DNA of 64,000 nt from Haliotis rubra. Taxonomy: Eukaryota. The first letter of the stretch is position 1. Every line of letters begins with the position of its first letter. A program made the translations under genes and the position numbers. Under the pieces are notes generated by a model. That model made no database searches. It was given only the letters and a program-made list of their open reading frames with translations, and was not told the origin of the DNA. The stretch spans positions 124,001 to 188,000 of the forward strand of contig NW_025767399.1 of the NCBI RefSeq assembly GCF_003918875.1, in the 5' to 3' direction. Positions 41,410 to 54,912 of this stretch are shown in pieces.

Positions 41410-41470
41410 ACACATCAGGTGATGAAGGAGCAAGCATACGCTCCGAAACGTCGTGTTATTCACAATAAAG
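41410..41470 (+). ncRNA. Degenerate minimal hammerhead ribozyme (Penelope-like element terminus)
   Basis: (G)TGATGA-A-GGAGC-AAGCATAC-GCTCC-GAAAC-GTC followed by AATAAA. Core C3 is replaced by G. Confidence 0.5.
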
Positions 41471-41689
41471 AAGTGTTGACATCCATAAATCTTGCTTTTC
41501 TTATGCATTCCACTTCTAAATGCCCTTCAAAGATTTGAACCAAATTCAGGGGCCACTCCGGGACAACTCGTTAAGAAGGTGTGAACGTGGGGGTCAGTGT
41601 GGGACAACTTATTAGTTGTCAAAACAAAGAGTTAATCTGCTACTGTGAGTAGAAGAGGCTGCTGAGGCTGTTAGCATATGTCATCACAA

Positions 41690-42086
41690 CATCTGTGAAG
41701 AAAAGAGCCAGAGAGGAATTCGTCAGCATCCCACAGATATACGAACAAGAAAGAAAGAAACTATTGACAGGTTCAGCAGACGCAACACTACTAGAAGCTG
41801 CTACAAATCTGAAACTCTTACACAGTGTGAAGTCGAGTTTGTACATACAACGTGCCAAGAAAGTTCCACAGACAGCAAGCAGCAACAGATATTCAGCTTG
41901 ATGGTGAATGGACAGAGACTTTTTTCTGGTGATGACTTTCTGCTCATAGACAATGTTCAAGAAAGTAGTAGAATTCTTGTATTTGCTACTGTTGATAACC
42001 TGCAAAGGCTGTGCAAGAGCGATACTGTTTCCATGGATGGTACCTTCAAGATCTGCCCCAAGATTTTTTACACTGTTGGTAATTAA
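41690..42086 (+). mobile_element. MULE/Mutator transposase fragment
   Basis: KKRAREE..SIPQIYEQE...SVKSSLY..RAK and DDFLLID...RILVFATVDNLQRL...MDGTFKICPKIFY are typical of MULE transposases; broken by a stop/frameshift. Confidence 0.8.
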
Positions 42087-42738
42087 GCTGACTGGATTTA
42101 GAGAGGCCAGTGTGGTAACACTAAAAGTGATCAGGGGCCACTCTGGGATGGGTTGTTAACTCCGGGCATAAATCACTGTGGAAGCTTGACCAGTGTTGCT
42201 GCTAGGTAAATATTATTACCACTCGTCTTACGCAATACTGTCATTGTAAATGTACTGTCACTGTTTAGGGTTATAAACTAAAATAGCATGCGGTCAACAG
42301 GTCATCAAAGTAATCTATGATAATAATCACAGCATCATCAAAGACGATACGATACCTAGTAACTTGTTGTTTAACTTTCTTTAATCACCACCTGGTCATA
42401 TGAAATACACCTGGTCAATGGTCGGAACATATTTCATAACTGTCGGCGATAGCAGTTCCTGCCATTTAAACAACCTCGCCCCCTGAACAATAAGTAACCT
42501 GACACAACAGAGCAGCAAGGCTTATATGTCATGTTACAAAATGTGTACTATTTATCAAAACACAAACAAAACGTAACGAACATCAATTGCAACAGTAACA
42601 AATGATCCAACCTCTACCAGGCCCCTGTAGACCGATCAGCTGTCAACCTCCTCCTACATTACCATCAACACACAGACAGGGGAACTCAACAGGTCTAGTA
42701 AAACCTTCCGTTTCTGTCTTTGTAACAGTAACACTTAC

Positions 42739-42865
42739 ATTTTGTCAGTTGTCAACCTTTCAAACAGATGTATAACCTCGTACTGAAGAATTACAGACTA
42801 CCCAACGAACTGAACTACCGCCATCTTGTAATCGCGTAATGCCCTTACACGATCACTGATTGGCT
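42739..42865 (-). promoter_or_regulatory. Probable SC5D promoter and non-coding first exon
   Basis: Minus-strand donor GTAAGT at 42738; YY1-type CAAGATGGCGG at 42818-42828; CCAAT at 42859-42863; CpG-richer segment. The first coding exon has an acceptor AG at 39616-39617 upstream of its ATG. Confidence 0.5.
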
Positions 42866-44651
42866 GAAGTTTGTCGAGCCAGCGCCGTACGATAAATGGC
42901 CATACAGCACAGCGGTACATTCATGGGAAGAATCACGTTTTCAGTGAATGTCTCGATCTGTTATTTATCATCCCCACACAAGATTACGCTAAGCTTATGG
43001 CCTATATTAAAAACAAGGTTAGATATGAGGTCCACTACGTTTAAGCAGTACTGGATTAACTTTTTGTGATGATTATGTTACTCTGCTCTGGACAAGTGCT
43101 GGAATACTTATGCCCCCCACCCCCATTTCAAAATGACTTAAGATCACATTGAAGATTATTTTTTTGCGTTGACGAACCCCCTGAACCCCCACCTTTAAAA
43201 ATTCCTGGATCCGCCCATGGTATTTAATGAACACAGAGGGAAAATTCAAAATATCATCCCTGCGATTGTCACCTTGTTATTATGGTATTATATGTAGGTC
43301 GGGGCATTTGATGCAGTTATACCTGATAGAATGACAGATACATACGATTCCTCTCTGACGCTCGTTTTGTTTTAATGCGAAGTTACAATCTCATAAATCC
43401 GTATCAGGAGGTTGAATCACAACGAGTGGCAGATAGGGTCATTTTGTGTCAGAAGCCATGACAACCATGCCTACATGAGTTTGGTTACGATGGGAGCAAA
43501 GAATAAAAAGGAATAATATATATATGGACACAGCAATAGAATCACAATGGATGACACACACACACATACACTGAAAACCATGATGCAAACGTGGTAGTAT
43601 ACACAGAGTACACTTTTTATGAATGTCGGGGTCAAATACTTATCAATGCCACGTGATCAGTGGTAATATAGAGGGTGAGTTCATTACGGTCATGCGTATA
43701 ATCTGCAGTGATGATAATGAGAGGTGTATTGTATACGTGTGAAGTACAAACCGAACCTGCAGTTGGTAGTGAAATGAATGCATGAGTAGTTAGACTAACA
43801 ACTAGTCTCTGAAATGAACATATTTTACAGAAAAAAGGCTCATAGTGAAAAAAGTCAAAATATAATAAAAAGAAGCCCTGAGACTTTCTTCATTTTCAGA
43901 CTAGACTTGACACATTTTCTAGACTTGCGTGGGATTTCTTGTATATATTTGCTTCGGGGTCTGTATGACAGACCAGTGAGTAGTATAAACCCCGCTTATA
44001 GTGAGTGAGTATGAATAATACACAAAGAACCCCTGCATATCCCCCTCTGGATCCGCTTATGCATATATAGATGTAACAATTACCTGTATTTTGCTGATAG
44101 TCATCTTTCGCCCACGTAATTAACTAGAAACAAATTTCATCGTGGCTTTAAGCGTCGTTTTACTTCTTTATTCCCTATTTCACGATGTCAATAAGTCATG
44201 TATTGATAATAGAAAACAAATGTTGATATCACCTCATTCGATTTAATAGTACTCCTTACAAATCTATTACGCGACACGCGAATATTACAAATTTAGTAAT
44301 CGATTCTCTATCGTTTGAACGTAATATTTTCGTAGTTAGATCAAGAGGACATAGTTTTAATGTTTTTGAAATGCTTATTCATTTAGTTTTACGTGATGAA
44401 AAACGTACAATAAAATCACGCGGGGTAAAATTATATTTTCACACTAGAACAAGCGAATTTCTTACGCGTTTTCGTACGCTGAAAAAGCAAGAACGTGTAG
44501 TTCAAGAGAGTTATGCCCCTTAGATTACCAAGCGGCATTCATTCGGAATACATCGTGAAGGCAGCGAGGTTGTTGCACTCGGCTCAAGCATATCCGAGAT
44601 ATAGGAGACACCTCCGGGACGTGTTGAAAGCGTTTCGGGCCTCGATTCAAG

Positions 44652-47600
44652 ATGGCGAAAGCGGCAGGAGCTGTGTCTCGAATGGGCATGTCCCTTGTCA
44701 CAAAGACAGGGAACTCAGCTAAGGGTGACTATACAGAAACATTGTAGTCTATCGCGGTTATTTGAACTCCAAATAGTGTGTATACGATGCCCTCATTTTA
44801 CTGACAGCTTGCTGAATCCCCTGTGGTATTGACTTGACCTTGGTAAAAGTTGGTTTTGTGAAATCATGTAGGATTGGAATGTAAACAGCCATAATGTGGA
44901 CGCAAAATAGATGGTGGGACAAGAGTGCAGTTTCACTTGTATGATCCTTAGGTTCAGGTACCTCCCGTATCAAACATCTCTTAACAATCCTCGGGGTTTG
45001 TACGCCAGGTAAATTGATGCAAGTTTATTCTATGAATAACGTTTGCCGAAGACGAAGAACAATATTTGACCAGTTGATGAATATGGCTTGAGGACGTGCG
45101 TTACGTGAATTCAACAGTAGCCACTGTGAACAGCACAGCACATCATTCAAGCAGTTCAAGACCAACTGACAAGGTCATGAAATTCAGAATCAGTGCCTAG
45201 TAATGACATTACGTTTGGTACAGGTTATCTTTACACTTGTAATAAAGACAATAATGCACAAAATTCTACCATGCTCTCTGACCCAAAGGATTTTAAAGTG
45301 AAAAGGGGAACCTAAGGAAATAAAACACAGCATGTTATATTATGCATTTTGCTATTCAGATTGTCAAAACACTATATTATAGTGAAATGGTACTAATTTG
45401 CTTCTTGCCAGAAACACTGGTAATAAATGCTTAACAGTATTCACTGTGATACTGATGTATGTTATCAGACTTACAGTAGTATTATCCTGTCTGAATTGAA
45501 ATTAAAAGTTTAGTGCCTCACACTGACAGTGACACAATTTTGTTTTGGTACTCATCACATTATTTTCTTGATGCATTAATTTCATCATTTGCAGTGTTGT
45601 TTCACTTGTCAAGCAGTAACATTAGTATCACAACACCAACACGACAGAAAATGAATAGCAGTACACTTTGTACTATATAGTGGTTCAGTGACACATGTGA
45701 CAATTGAGGCTGTTAATAGTCACATGTAAGTTGTGCTCTGCAAAGATTTTCAACCAAGTCCTCATTCTTCAGTGAAATTGGTCATTGAAGGCATTGCACC
45801 AAATTGATTCTTGCATAAGTTAAACACCTCTGTGTTTGCCAGTAGTGCTGTCAATATAGTTTATCCTCCAAGTTGTAATTTAACTTTATTTTGCTGTTTA
45901 TTGATTAGGTCTTCAAGCCTATGCCATCCCACGCCTACAGACATTCTGGAAGTATGCCAAGGTTGAGTTGAAGCCCCCATCATTGGGCGAGATGGGTCAG
46001 GTGCAGGAGGGAATCAACAACATTATTGTGTCTGCACGCACAGGGAAGTGGAAGCAACTCACAGTTAGGGTGGGTAATATCATCAGGGTACCAAAAGTTC
46101 TAAAATGTACTCATGTATCATTAATCTTGGCACAACAGGATAAATGTTGGATTATTTAGTTTCTCATTTTTTTATTCCAAAAGATTACTGGTGTACTGTA
46201 AAGTAAGATTGAGACTGCTGTACATTTTCATGTTCATCATGTTCATATTTAACAGTGTAGGAAAGATGTAGAAAATCTAGCCTGTCCTCCAAATATAAAT
46301 ATAACACCATTTCAAGACTTAAAACTGGATTGTTTTATTTTAAGCTATCATTTAATATGACACACATGATTATTCTAGTATCCTTTGGCAGTAAATATTC
46401 AAAAAGGTTATAATCATTATATATATATATATATATATATATACTAGGCACATAAAGAAACTGTGCATCCAAAAATTTAAAATCTAAATTTATCAAACCT
46501 GTGTAGACACATAAGGATTTAAACTCAGAGATTAGTGACATGTATCCAACATGTATGCACGTGCCACGTTCCATGACGTCAGTGGGTTCGTCCTTGAGAC
46601 GTGCAATACGTTGTTGCACGTGCATTCCGGGAAAGAGAAACAGAGCAAATGAATGCCACACAATACTGTCACTTTGGAAAGCTCAACCCCTGCCATTGCG
46701 ATCGTTCAAAAATTAAATGGCTATTGAAACGCGATAGCATGCCAAGGCTCACGCCTGCACAACGTCATGAGGCCAATGGGATGGTCCGTGGGGGAATGTC
46801 TCAACGACAAGTGGCTGCACATTTCCACTGCCACCGGAACACCATTTCTGCACTGGTGAGACGCTAACAGAACACAAATGACGTCATCAATCGGCCACGT
46901 TCTGAATGTCCACGTGTAACAACGCCAAGACAGGACAGATGGATAAGGGTGACCCATCTTCGCCACAGGTTTCAGACTGCAGTGATGACTGCCCGAACCA
47001 TCCCAGGACTTCGCCGTATCCATCATCCTAACACAGTTCGACAACATTTACGTCATCATGGGATCAGACCACGACACGCCCCGCCATACGGCCTATCCTG
47101 ACACAACGTCATCGACAAGCTCGCCGAATGTGGTGCCGAAATCATGTCCGCAGACCCTTGTTTTGGTGTGGAGAAATGTTGTTTTTACAGATGAGTCCAG
47201 GTTTAACATTTCCCATAGTGATGGACGTCAACGTGCCTATAGACGCGTGGGAGAACGTTATGCACAGGCCTGTGTCTTGGAGAGGAATCGCTTTGGTGGT
47301 GGTTCCGTGATGAGTTGGGGTGGAATAACAGCACGCCAAAGAACTCCTTTGGTGATTGTTCAGGGCAACTTACCTGGTGTGGGCTACAGGGATCAGATTC
47401 TTCGACCTGTGGCAATTCCTTTTCTGCAACATCATGGCCCTGGGTTAACATTCCAACAGGACAATGCCCGCCCTCATACGGCAAGGGTTGCTATGGATTT
47501 CTTGCAACACCACAACGTTGACTTACTGCCTTGGCCTGCAAATTCACCGGATCTCTCCCCGATAGAGCATGTTTGGGACGAGATGGATCGACGTCTACAC

Positions 47601-48338
47601 CATCTTCCTCATCCGCCAGATAACGTCCTTGACCTTGCAACAGAACTTGAGAGAATCTGGCGTGACGTTCCACAAGCCTTCCTTGCACGTCTGATAGGCT
47701 CTATGCGTCGTCGATGCACTGCTGTTCTCAATGTCGATGGTGGACAGACCCGTTATTGAGCTTGTGACATGGTCATTTGACCCCTGTCCCGCTGTGGACT
47801 CGTGATGTCATTGTGATTGACTTTTCAATTGAAATTCTCCCGACTTGTCATGGTCTCATGATCCCTCCATTAAAGTTTATATGAACCTTTGATATTGTTA
47901 TCGTACTTATCAACTGGGATAATATTTTGACGATGCCCAGTTTCTTTATGTGGCTAGTATATATATGTCATTGGTTTGCTAAAACTGACCCGACATGAGG
48001 ACGGACTAGATATTTTTTTTTTTAACCTGTCCTCCACAATATTTACCCGTGTCGGAGGTTGGGACGGGCTATCTTTCCTACACTGTATTTAAGTGTACAA
48101 GATGCACCAGAATTCCATTGTACTGCAGTGTGGGGCTAGTATTGACAAGCCATTTAATAGCTGAACTTCAGATATCAAAAGGATTGACTCATTTTTTCTT
48201 TCATTGCAGCAAGCAGGTCTAAACACATTAGTGGGTCTGGAGGTACTTATGTGTTTCTACATTGGCGAAATCATTGGCAAGAGAAACATCGTCGGTTACT
48301 ATATACCAGGTGCTGTCCACTATGAGGGCTCTGTATAG
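44652..48338 (+). CDS. ATP5MG: Mitochondrial ATP synthase subunit g, ~120 aa. Exons 44652-44724, 45909-46069, 48210-48338
   Basis: PRLQTFWKYAKVELKPPS...SARTGKWKQLTVR-QAGLNTLVGLEVLMCFYIGEIIGKRNIVGY, with the GEIIG GxxxG motif. Compatible splice phases; ATTAAA at 48451. Confidence 0.93.
46253..48085. mobile_element. MITE (TIR CAGTGTAGGAAAGAT, 7-bp TSD TATTTAA) hosting a nested Tc1
   Basis: Perfect 15-bp TIRs at 46253 and 48071-48085; TSD at 46246-46252 and 48086-48092. Confidence 0.8.
46442..47959 (+). mobile_element. Tc1 (DD34E) transposon in ATP5MG intron 2; transposase ~46739-47759 disrupted
   Basis: TIRs TACTAGGCACATAAAGAAACTG / CAGTTTCTTTATGTGGCTAGTA within (TA)n. VFTDESRF, QQDNARPH and SPDLSPIE with 34 residues between D and E. 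Confidence 0.95.
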
Positions 48339-49057
48339 TGCATCATTGAGACTGTGTGTGTTGATCGGACTGCTAGACATCTGCCATCAGGATCCAAACT
48401 TTCGATGTTCCATCAGTTTGTAATTATTCATGGAACCTTTTCTTAGGTGAATTAAAAATGATAAAATCTAGGAGGGTGTTCGTGTTGTTCAGTATGTACC
48501 ACTAATGTCGGAGTCTGCTTGAATCTCTTAAAATCATTTGCAATAGATCTGAGAGATGGACATAGGTTTGGGCTTAACCAGGCTGATTTCAATGACAATT
48601 ATTTTAAAAACAAGGATTAAAGTTTTCAAAATATTCTTGTGATAAATAATTTGATCAAGTTTGAAGCCAGCGTCAAAGATGTTTAAGACAGCTATGGCCA
48701 TTGTGTGATCCTTTGAACAAGGTGCAAAGGACTCTCAATGGGCATGTTATTTTCACAAACATCTATGGATACAATTTATAGTTAGAATTGCCAATTGTAT
48801 ACATCATTAAGGGAGTAGCTTGATGTGTTTAGAAATTGTCCACAGTTCCCAAAAGGAACAGCTTTTCTCAGAGTCAGTTAATGATACAAGGATGACAATT
48901 TGCATTTATGATTAAACGATAAACATGTTGGACATTAAAAACTAGTATCAAGTATTGTTAATATACAGGGTTGTGGCCCTTGTTTGATCCTTTCAACTCC
49001 AAGTTGGAGACAAGTTTCCTTGGTAACCATAGACGACATTTTGCACACATCATTATG

Positions 49058-49477
49058 TAGGGGTGACTACTGAGAGGGAAACAACTATTGCGATAGTGAT
49101 AGTCTATTGTGACCAACTAATAGTTTTTTCTCTCCTTTAGTTGTCTCATTTGAAGTCAATTCTCAAATGTATGTATAGTTTATATGGAATAAAAGCAAGT
49201 TGAAGTGGTTTCAGTCTCTCATAATAACTGACAAACTTGAAACCCCGATCAAGTAAACAGTTAAAACATAAACTCAATGAAGCTGCAGGGTCTGCACCCA
49301 AACAAAAAATACCCAAAAAAAAAAAAATGTTTAACAAAAATAAAGTCATAAAAAACTATCGATAGTCTCCCACACAATCGATGCATCAATAGTTTTTCAT
49401 TTCTACCATCAAATAACTGCTATCCGAGATTCAACAATTGCAATCCATCGATAGTTCGATGCATCGTTACAGCCCTA
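49058..49477. mobile_element. hAT-type MITE
   Basis: TAGGG / CCCTA ends, 8-bp TSD TCATTATG, repeated CGAT subterminal motifs. Confidence 0.8.
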
Positions 49478-52427
49478 TCATTATGTGATGAATATTTTGT
49501 CAAGTTTGAATACTCTTGTCTGGAATTATTATTCTTTAGATTTATAACTTTGTATTTGTTCTGAGAGCAGAGAGGCCCAAATGGCGCTGTGCAGAGTTGC
49601 GTCTCTTGAGCAAGCAGGAACCATTCAATTTCAGGTTTGAAGGGGAGGGGGGGGTGATTGATTTTGTAGATGACATGCAGGAGGGGTCACTTACTTTGTA
49701 CATAAATTTTAGGGGGTGTCATTCACATTGTACATGCTTCTCCATAAACATCATCACACCACCACCCACCCCTGCCATAAATTATGAACAGTCCCTAATA
49801 ACTAAAGGTATGGCTTGTTGAGGTGACAATGTTTTCACTGACCAATTTCTGCACAATAGCAATTTTGTTCCCAGATTGCCTACGTTTGGCACTTAGTTCA
49901 GAATCCTTGGTAACTCACCGGTTTCTAGTAACCGATTAATCAGTTGATAGAAGTGCAGTGTGCTTTACAGAGTTCTGTCCCTTGGAAATTTATATGAATG
50001 TACAGCTCCCTCTCATGCGCTCTTGGCATGTGGTTTAACACTTATGTTGTCATGACCGTGGGTAAGACAACTTCCAAAACAGTGTAATGCTTACAGACTG
50101 TCCACAACATGGTAGATGTAGTACTGTCTTTCTTTTAGATTATTAATCCTTACCACACAATAAGCTAGGTTGGTTAGGCACAGTTTTAAGTTTGTAAATC
50201 TCTCAGATTCACAAAAGGACTACAATGACTGACTGGAATGGGTCCCCAGGAACATTGCATGCACATATCCCTAGCTACACTAATTTTTATGCGAAGTATC
50301 TTTGTATGTTAAAGATCCACTGATGTCTACAAACTATACAACTATGTAGTGATTGTGGACTTTTGTTTTGCTCGGTGAATCTGATAGAAAGGTGAAGAAG
50401 AGAGAAAACGTGAATTACTTTTTGTTAATTGAAACAAGACCGTTTGAGTTTTGAAAAATGTAGCTTTAACAAGAATATGGTCATTTTGGTCAGTTCTAGG
50501 AATGCAAAGAAAACACATCTAAGAAGGCTCTAATGTTCCATGTTTGTATCAAATAATGCTGTGTGATTATGAGATACAAAATTCCTATTCTGTCCCATAT
50601 ATTTATGACTTTGTGTTGAGCTATTTATATGCATCTTCACATATTAAATAACAATGGCTTGTTTCAGGCTCATGAACCGATTACACAATCTGAGGAGTTT
50701 AGGTCATATAATGCTTTGCTCAAGATAATGTTTTGTCATCAAAACCATGCCATTAATCAATGCACAAAATGATAACTCATAATTTTAGGAATTGCAAATT
50801 TCAAACCCAATTATATTGATTATCTTAATAGCCTCAACTTATGCTGGCATTTCTGCAATCTACTTATGCTGTCATATATTCCCCAAAGCAATATGTTCGT
50901 GAGTAATCTATGAGTACACAATGAAATGTATCAGTGGTATAGGTCATGTCTGAAGGCAAGGAGTTTGAATACCTCAGTTGTAAAACTATTTGAGAGATTC
51001 AGAGGAAACCTGCAGCCATGAACCTACATGGACTATAATATCAGCAGCCTGACCTTGTTTGATTCTGACAACAGGCCAACTATGACTGTTACCAGTACGT
51101 ATTCTACATACATTTGGAACAATACGCTTATAAATATGATAGATGATTAAATATTAAATGATTATCTACATACAGTTTGAAAAAAAATTTCAACTGGCGA
51201 AATACTTTAGTAAATGGCATTTCGGTGTTGTTATTTGGGAAGGAAAATGGCTGCATTCATATTGGCATAAAAACATTCACTTTCAGAAGTAAGAAACTTA
51301 CAAAGCTTACTAGGTGTGATTTACTTGAGGGCAACACAAGTTCCAGTTTTGAAACATTTGAGAAAAAGGCTGAAAATTTATATCAATTAAAATGAATCAA
51401 GAAATACGCTGTAGCATATCAATTTGGACAGAGCTGTAGGTATAAATTTTGACTGCAATATCTATTATTAGCATTGATAAAGATGGTATCATAGGGTATG
51501 GAATACATAGTGTCTTCTCCGTCTGTGATCAGTATTCAGTAACACACATTGTATGTCAATCTCCCGTAAGTGCTCTTAAACAGTAACACCTATGCGATTA
51601 TTGAATCCGTGTACATAGTTGGGAGGCTACTTCTACTCAGAGCTCAAACCAGTACCTTTACAAAGTGACACCTCACTGTTTCAAAGAGGCATGTCATTCT
51701 TCTCAGTGGAATGTGAGATGCAAGTATAAACGGAAAATGAAGATCTTTTTCTCTGTCAGTTCAATCGTTAACACTCTGAAATTTATGTATTTTATTTATT
51801 GAGTTAATGCGAAAATCCACATGCAGTGCTACAACATGATCAGAGTTTGGTGCACCGCGTACACTGAGCGAGTTCTTGCCTTCTAAATCTGTCTGGAACT
51901 AAAAATAAATTATTCTTTCTTCATTCATTCTTAAAATTATTCAGTGTTTAGATTTTTTCTTTTGAAAATATTCTCCTAATGGGCATATGTAACTTTGATG
52001 AAACTTATCTTGCATCTTTGCCAACTTTTGTATTTTTGAGGTTCACAAATCTATATAACATACATGGACTTACACATTTCACAATGAACATGGCCAGAGT
52101 TTTATTAACCACCAGTCAAGATGATGATTATGTGTTTGAGTCTACAGACATATGTTAATTGTTATCTGAGAATGAGGATCAGAAAGTGATTCCTATCACA
52201 ATAAGGTCAATTAAATACAATAATTTACCTATTGCATAATCAAGCAAACAATTTGTGGAACACCAAGGAGAAAATATAGTTTATAAACGCATGATCATAC
52301 AAATTTTAGAAACACCACAACAAATTATTAAGACTTAGTGGTATGACAAAAGTACAGTGTAAGAAACATAATGTTTATAATATAATATTATCTAAACTAT
52401 TAAACATCTTAAACGTCATATCTGACA

Positions 52428-52755
52428 CAGGGATTTACCTCGAGTCCTGTATTTGACGGTCCCTGGGACTCATATTCTTAATTTTCTGGGGTCCTGGACT
52501 ACAAAATGGGGGTCCTAGACACTTAAATAATATTATTAGTACTAATATTGTATTGTGATACAGTTACATTGTTACAGTAATTAAAGTGCAAATGATGCCA
52601 TAACCCAGCTAGTTGCAAACTCAGTGATAACATATTGTTACTTGATTGGAATTTTTACAAAAAGTATTTGGACCTTTTTTTCCCTGTGGATGCACTAATA
52701 AATTTCGTTGCGTCCATTGTCAATTTTTATGCCTATAGGATGCAGGAATTCCCTG
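52428..52755. mobile_element. MITE with CAGGGA / TCCCTG ends
   Basis: Short TIRs and repeated GTCC/GGAC internal motifs; flanks CTGACA / CTGAAA. Confidence 0.5.
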
Positions 52756-53562
52756 CTGAAACAACCCACACAAATAGCTGCTAAGGTTTTTTCAACAAGG
52801 TCTGTCATTTATTGAACACATTGGCATTGTGGTTCAGGAGATGGAAACAACATCAATGTCATAAGATACACCACTGAAGATTTTACTAGTGTAATTTTGT
52901 GCAATAGTTTTCGACAGAAGTAGTACTAAAGTACTGTCGGAAATGCTAGAAAAATGCTTTTTGACATATTTAAAATTCAGAGGTATTACAGTTACTTAAA
53001 TAACAAATATCACTTTAAGAAACATCTACCTAATGTAGACCGAGGGAATAAATTTTGAGACATGCCCTAAAAGGCGTTTTTACTGATGAAAATCCCAAAA
53101 ACTTAGAAAAATAAGGGGTAGTGGGACGTTATTTGATACAACCATTAACTGCCTGTGTTACGTCATCAGCATGCACGGTATCGACAGGTGAAATTGACAC
53201 CTGAGCACGCTCTCGGGCGAGGGGTCATCTCAATAGATTTTTTCTTCAAAATGTTGAATATGTGTACGTATAGTATACGTATTGGTTATGTAAGGATCAT
53301 TTGTGTATGTGTGTTTGTTGTGAAATAAACATACGAATTACTGTACATTGGAAAGAATCCTATCACTTGTGTTATCTTATCGATTGATTGTAGAAATGTG
53401 CAACGTTTTAATAAATGTTTTGCATGTCAACAGTATATTTCATTGCAAAAATATGGATGTAATTCGGTCAGTTTAATCTAGTTGTGAACATTGGCCAAAG
53501 ATTTAACAAAGTCACTGGTGTAGCTTCTTTAGAATATATATATTCTTCTTCTCCTAAAGTTT

Positions 53563-53877
53563 TTACACCGCCCGTCTAAGTACTCCCTTGTCAAAGTTGT
53601 CAAGGATGGTTTTACGTCCCGGTTTTGCTTTTGACACGGTCCCTGTCTTGTCTGATTTGTTTACAATATTGTAAACTTGTTGGTAAGATATACCAACAGC
53701 TCTACAGGTTCTGTAATAAACCATTTCTATACTAATGAAAGGTTTACCTCTGTCTTTTTCAAGCAGAAAAAAACGTATAAACCTTTGCAACAATCGTCTG
53801 CAAATAGTTGGCCGTAGTGGACGCTGTGATAAAGATGTGCATGCATGACGGGAAACATATTTATCAAGACTTAACAT
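53563..53877 (-). mobile_element. N-terminal HTH fragment of an IS630/Tc1/mariner-superfamily-like transposase
   Basis: RFFLLEKDRGKP..SI...YRTCRAVGISYQQVYNIV...KPGRKTILDNFDKGVLRRAV resembles the N-termini of invertebrate DDE_3 transposases (pattern recall). No catalytic domain seen. Confidence 0.5.
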
Positions 53878-54735
53878 TTATATTAATATTTCTTCAATAA
53901 AGAAACGATAATTAAGTAAAGTAACACAAACATTCAACATTTATTTGTTTAAGAAAAACGTTAATTTATATTTTTACACCACCTGTATTATTAGCATAAA
54001 TGTAAAGACTATTTCATATTTCTGTTGTTGAACTCTGAAAAAAACTTAAGTTGTTTTGGTACCAAATTCTCTCCTGTAAACTGCCCTTTAAATGCATGGG
54101 AATGTTAAATCAATTGAAATAAAAAATAGGTTCACTATAGGTGAGTTGATATATTGACAACATAATACATTTATCATCTTTCTAAAGATATTAAGGCTAA
54201 AAAGCAATTTTCTAGCGGTACACTTGCAGAATACCGGATACCCAATTATATACATTCTATTGTGCGCGTGAGGCTCCTACATATAGAAGAAACAGAGAGC
54301 GCGAGCCTGCGAGCTATCTAATAAAAATACGAATTTAAGGTAAAAAATAAGGTTAAAATCGAATTCCTCACCTTACTTCCGGTTTAGGAAACCTAAACTG
54401 GGGATTTTAACAGCGTTCACTGACGTAAACAGAGTAAAAAGTAATCGTGTGTTGAAATTTTATTCAAATGCATGCTGGGAAAAGGAACTCTACAGTGTGG
54501 GAACACTTTGATGGTAAGTGTTTTTTGATTGGTAAGGTAAGGTAGGTAAGGCTTTTAAATAAAGGGGGGTACCCCCTTTACCCCCATTATCTTACCTTTT
54601 ATTTAGCTTTAATATTGTTTGATATTTAATATTGAATGCTGCTTCAACACAGCCTTCTTTCATGGCGTGCCGTTGCTAAGGAAACAAAACGGAAGTGCCC
54701 AAAAATAAATGCGCAATCAAAATAAAAATGGCGGA

Positions 54736-54790
54736 TAGGTATCCGGTATTCTGTAATCTTGCCAAACACTTACAGAATACCGGATACCTA
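54736..54790. repeat. 21-bp perfect inverted repeat with 13-nt loop; third copy at ~54221-54242
   Basis: TAGGTATCCGGTATTCTGTAA (54736-54756) / TTACAGAATACCGGATACCTA (54770-54790). Confidence 0.9.
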
Positions 54791-54912
54791 CCGGATACCA
54801 TGCTGACAACATCTCTTTTTGGCTTAATGAGCTTTACAGGAACGAATTGCTGATAAGGTTGATTGGCCAAAGGTGCATCTTCGAATCAAAATCGTCAGTT
54901 ACTTTCATCTTG

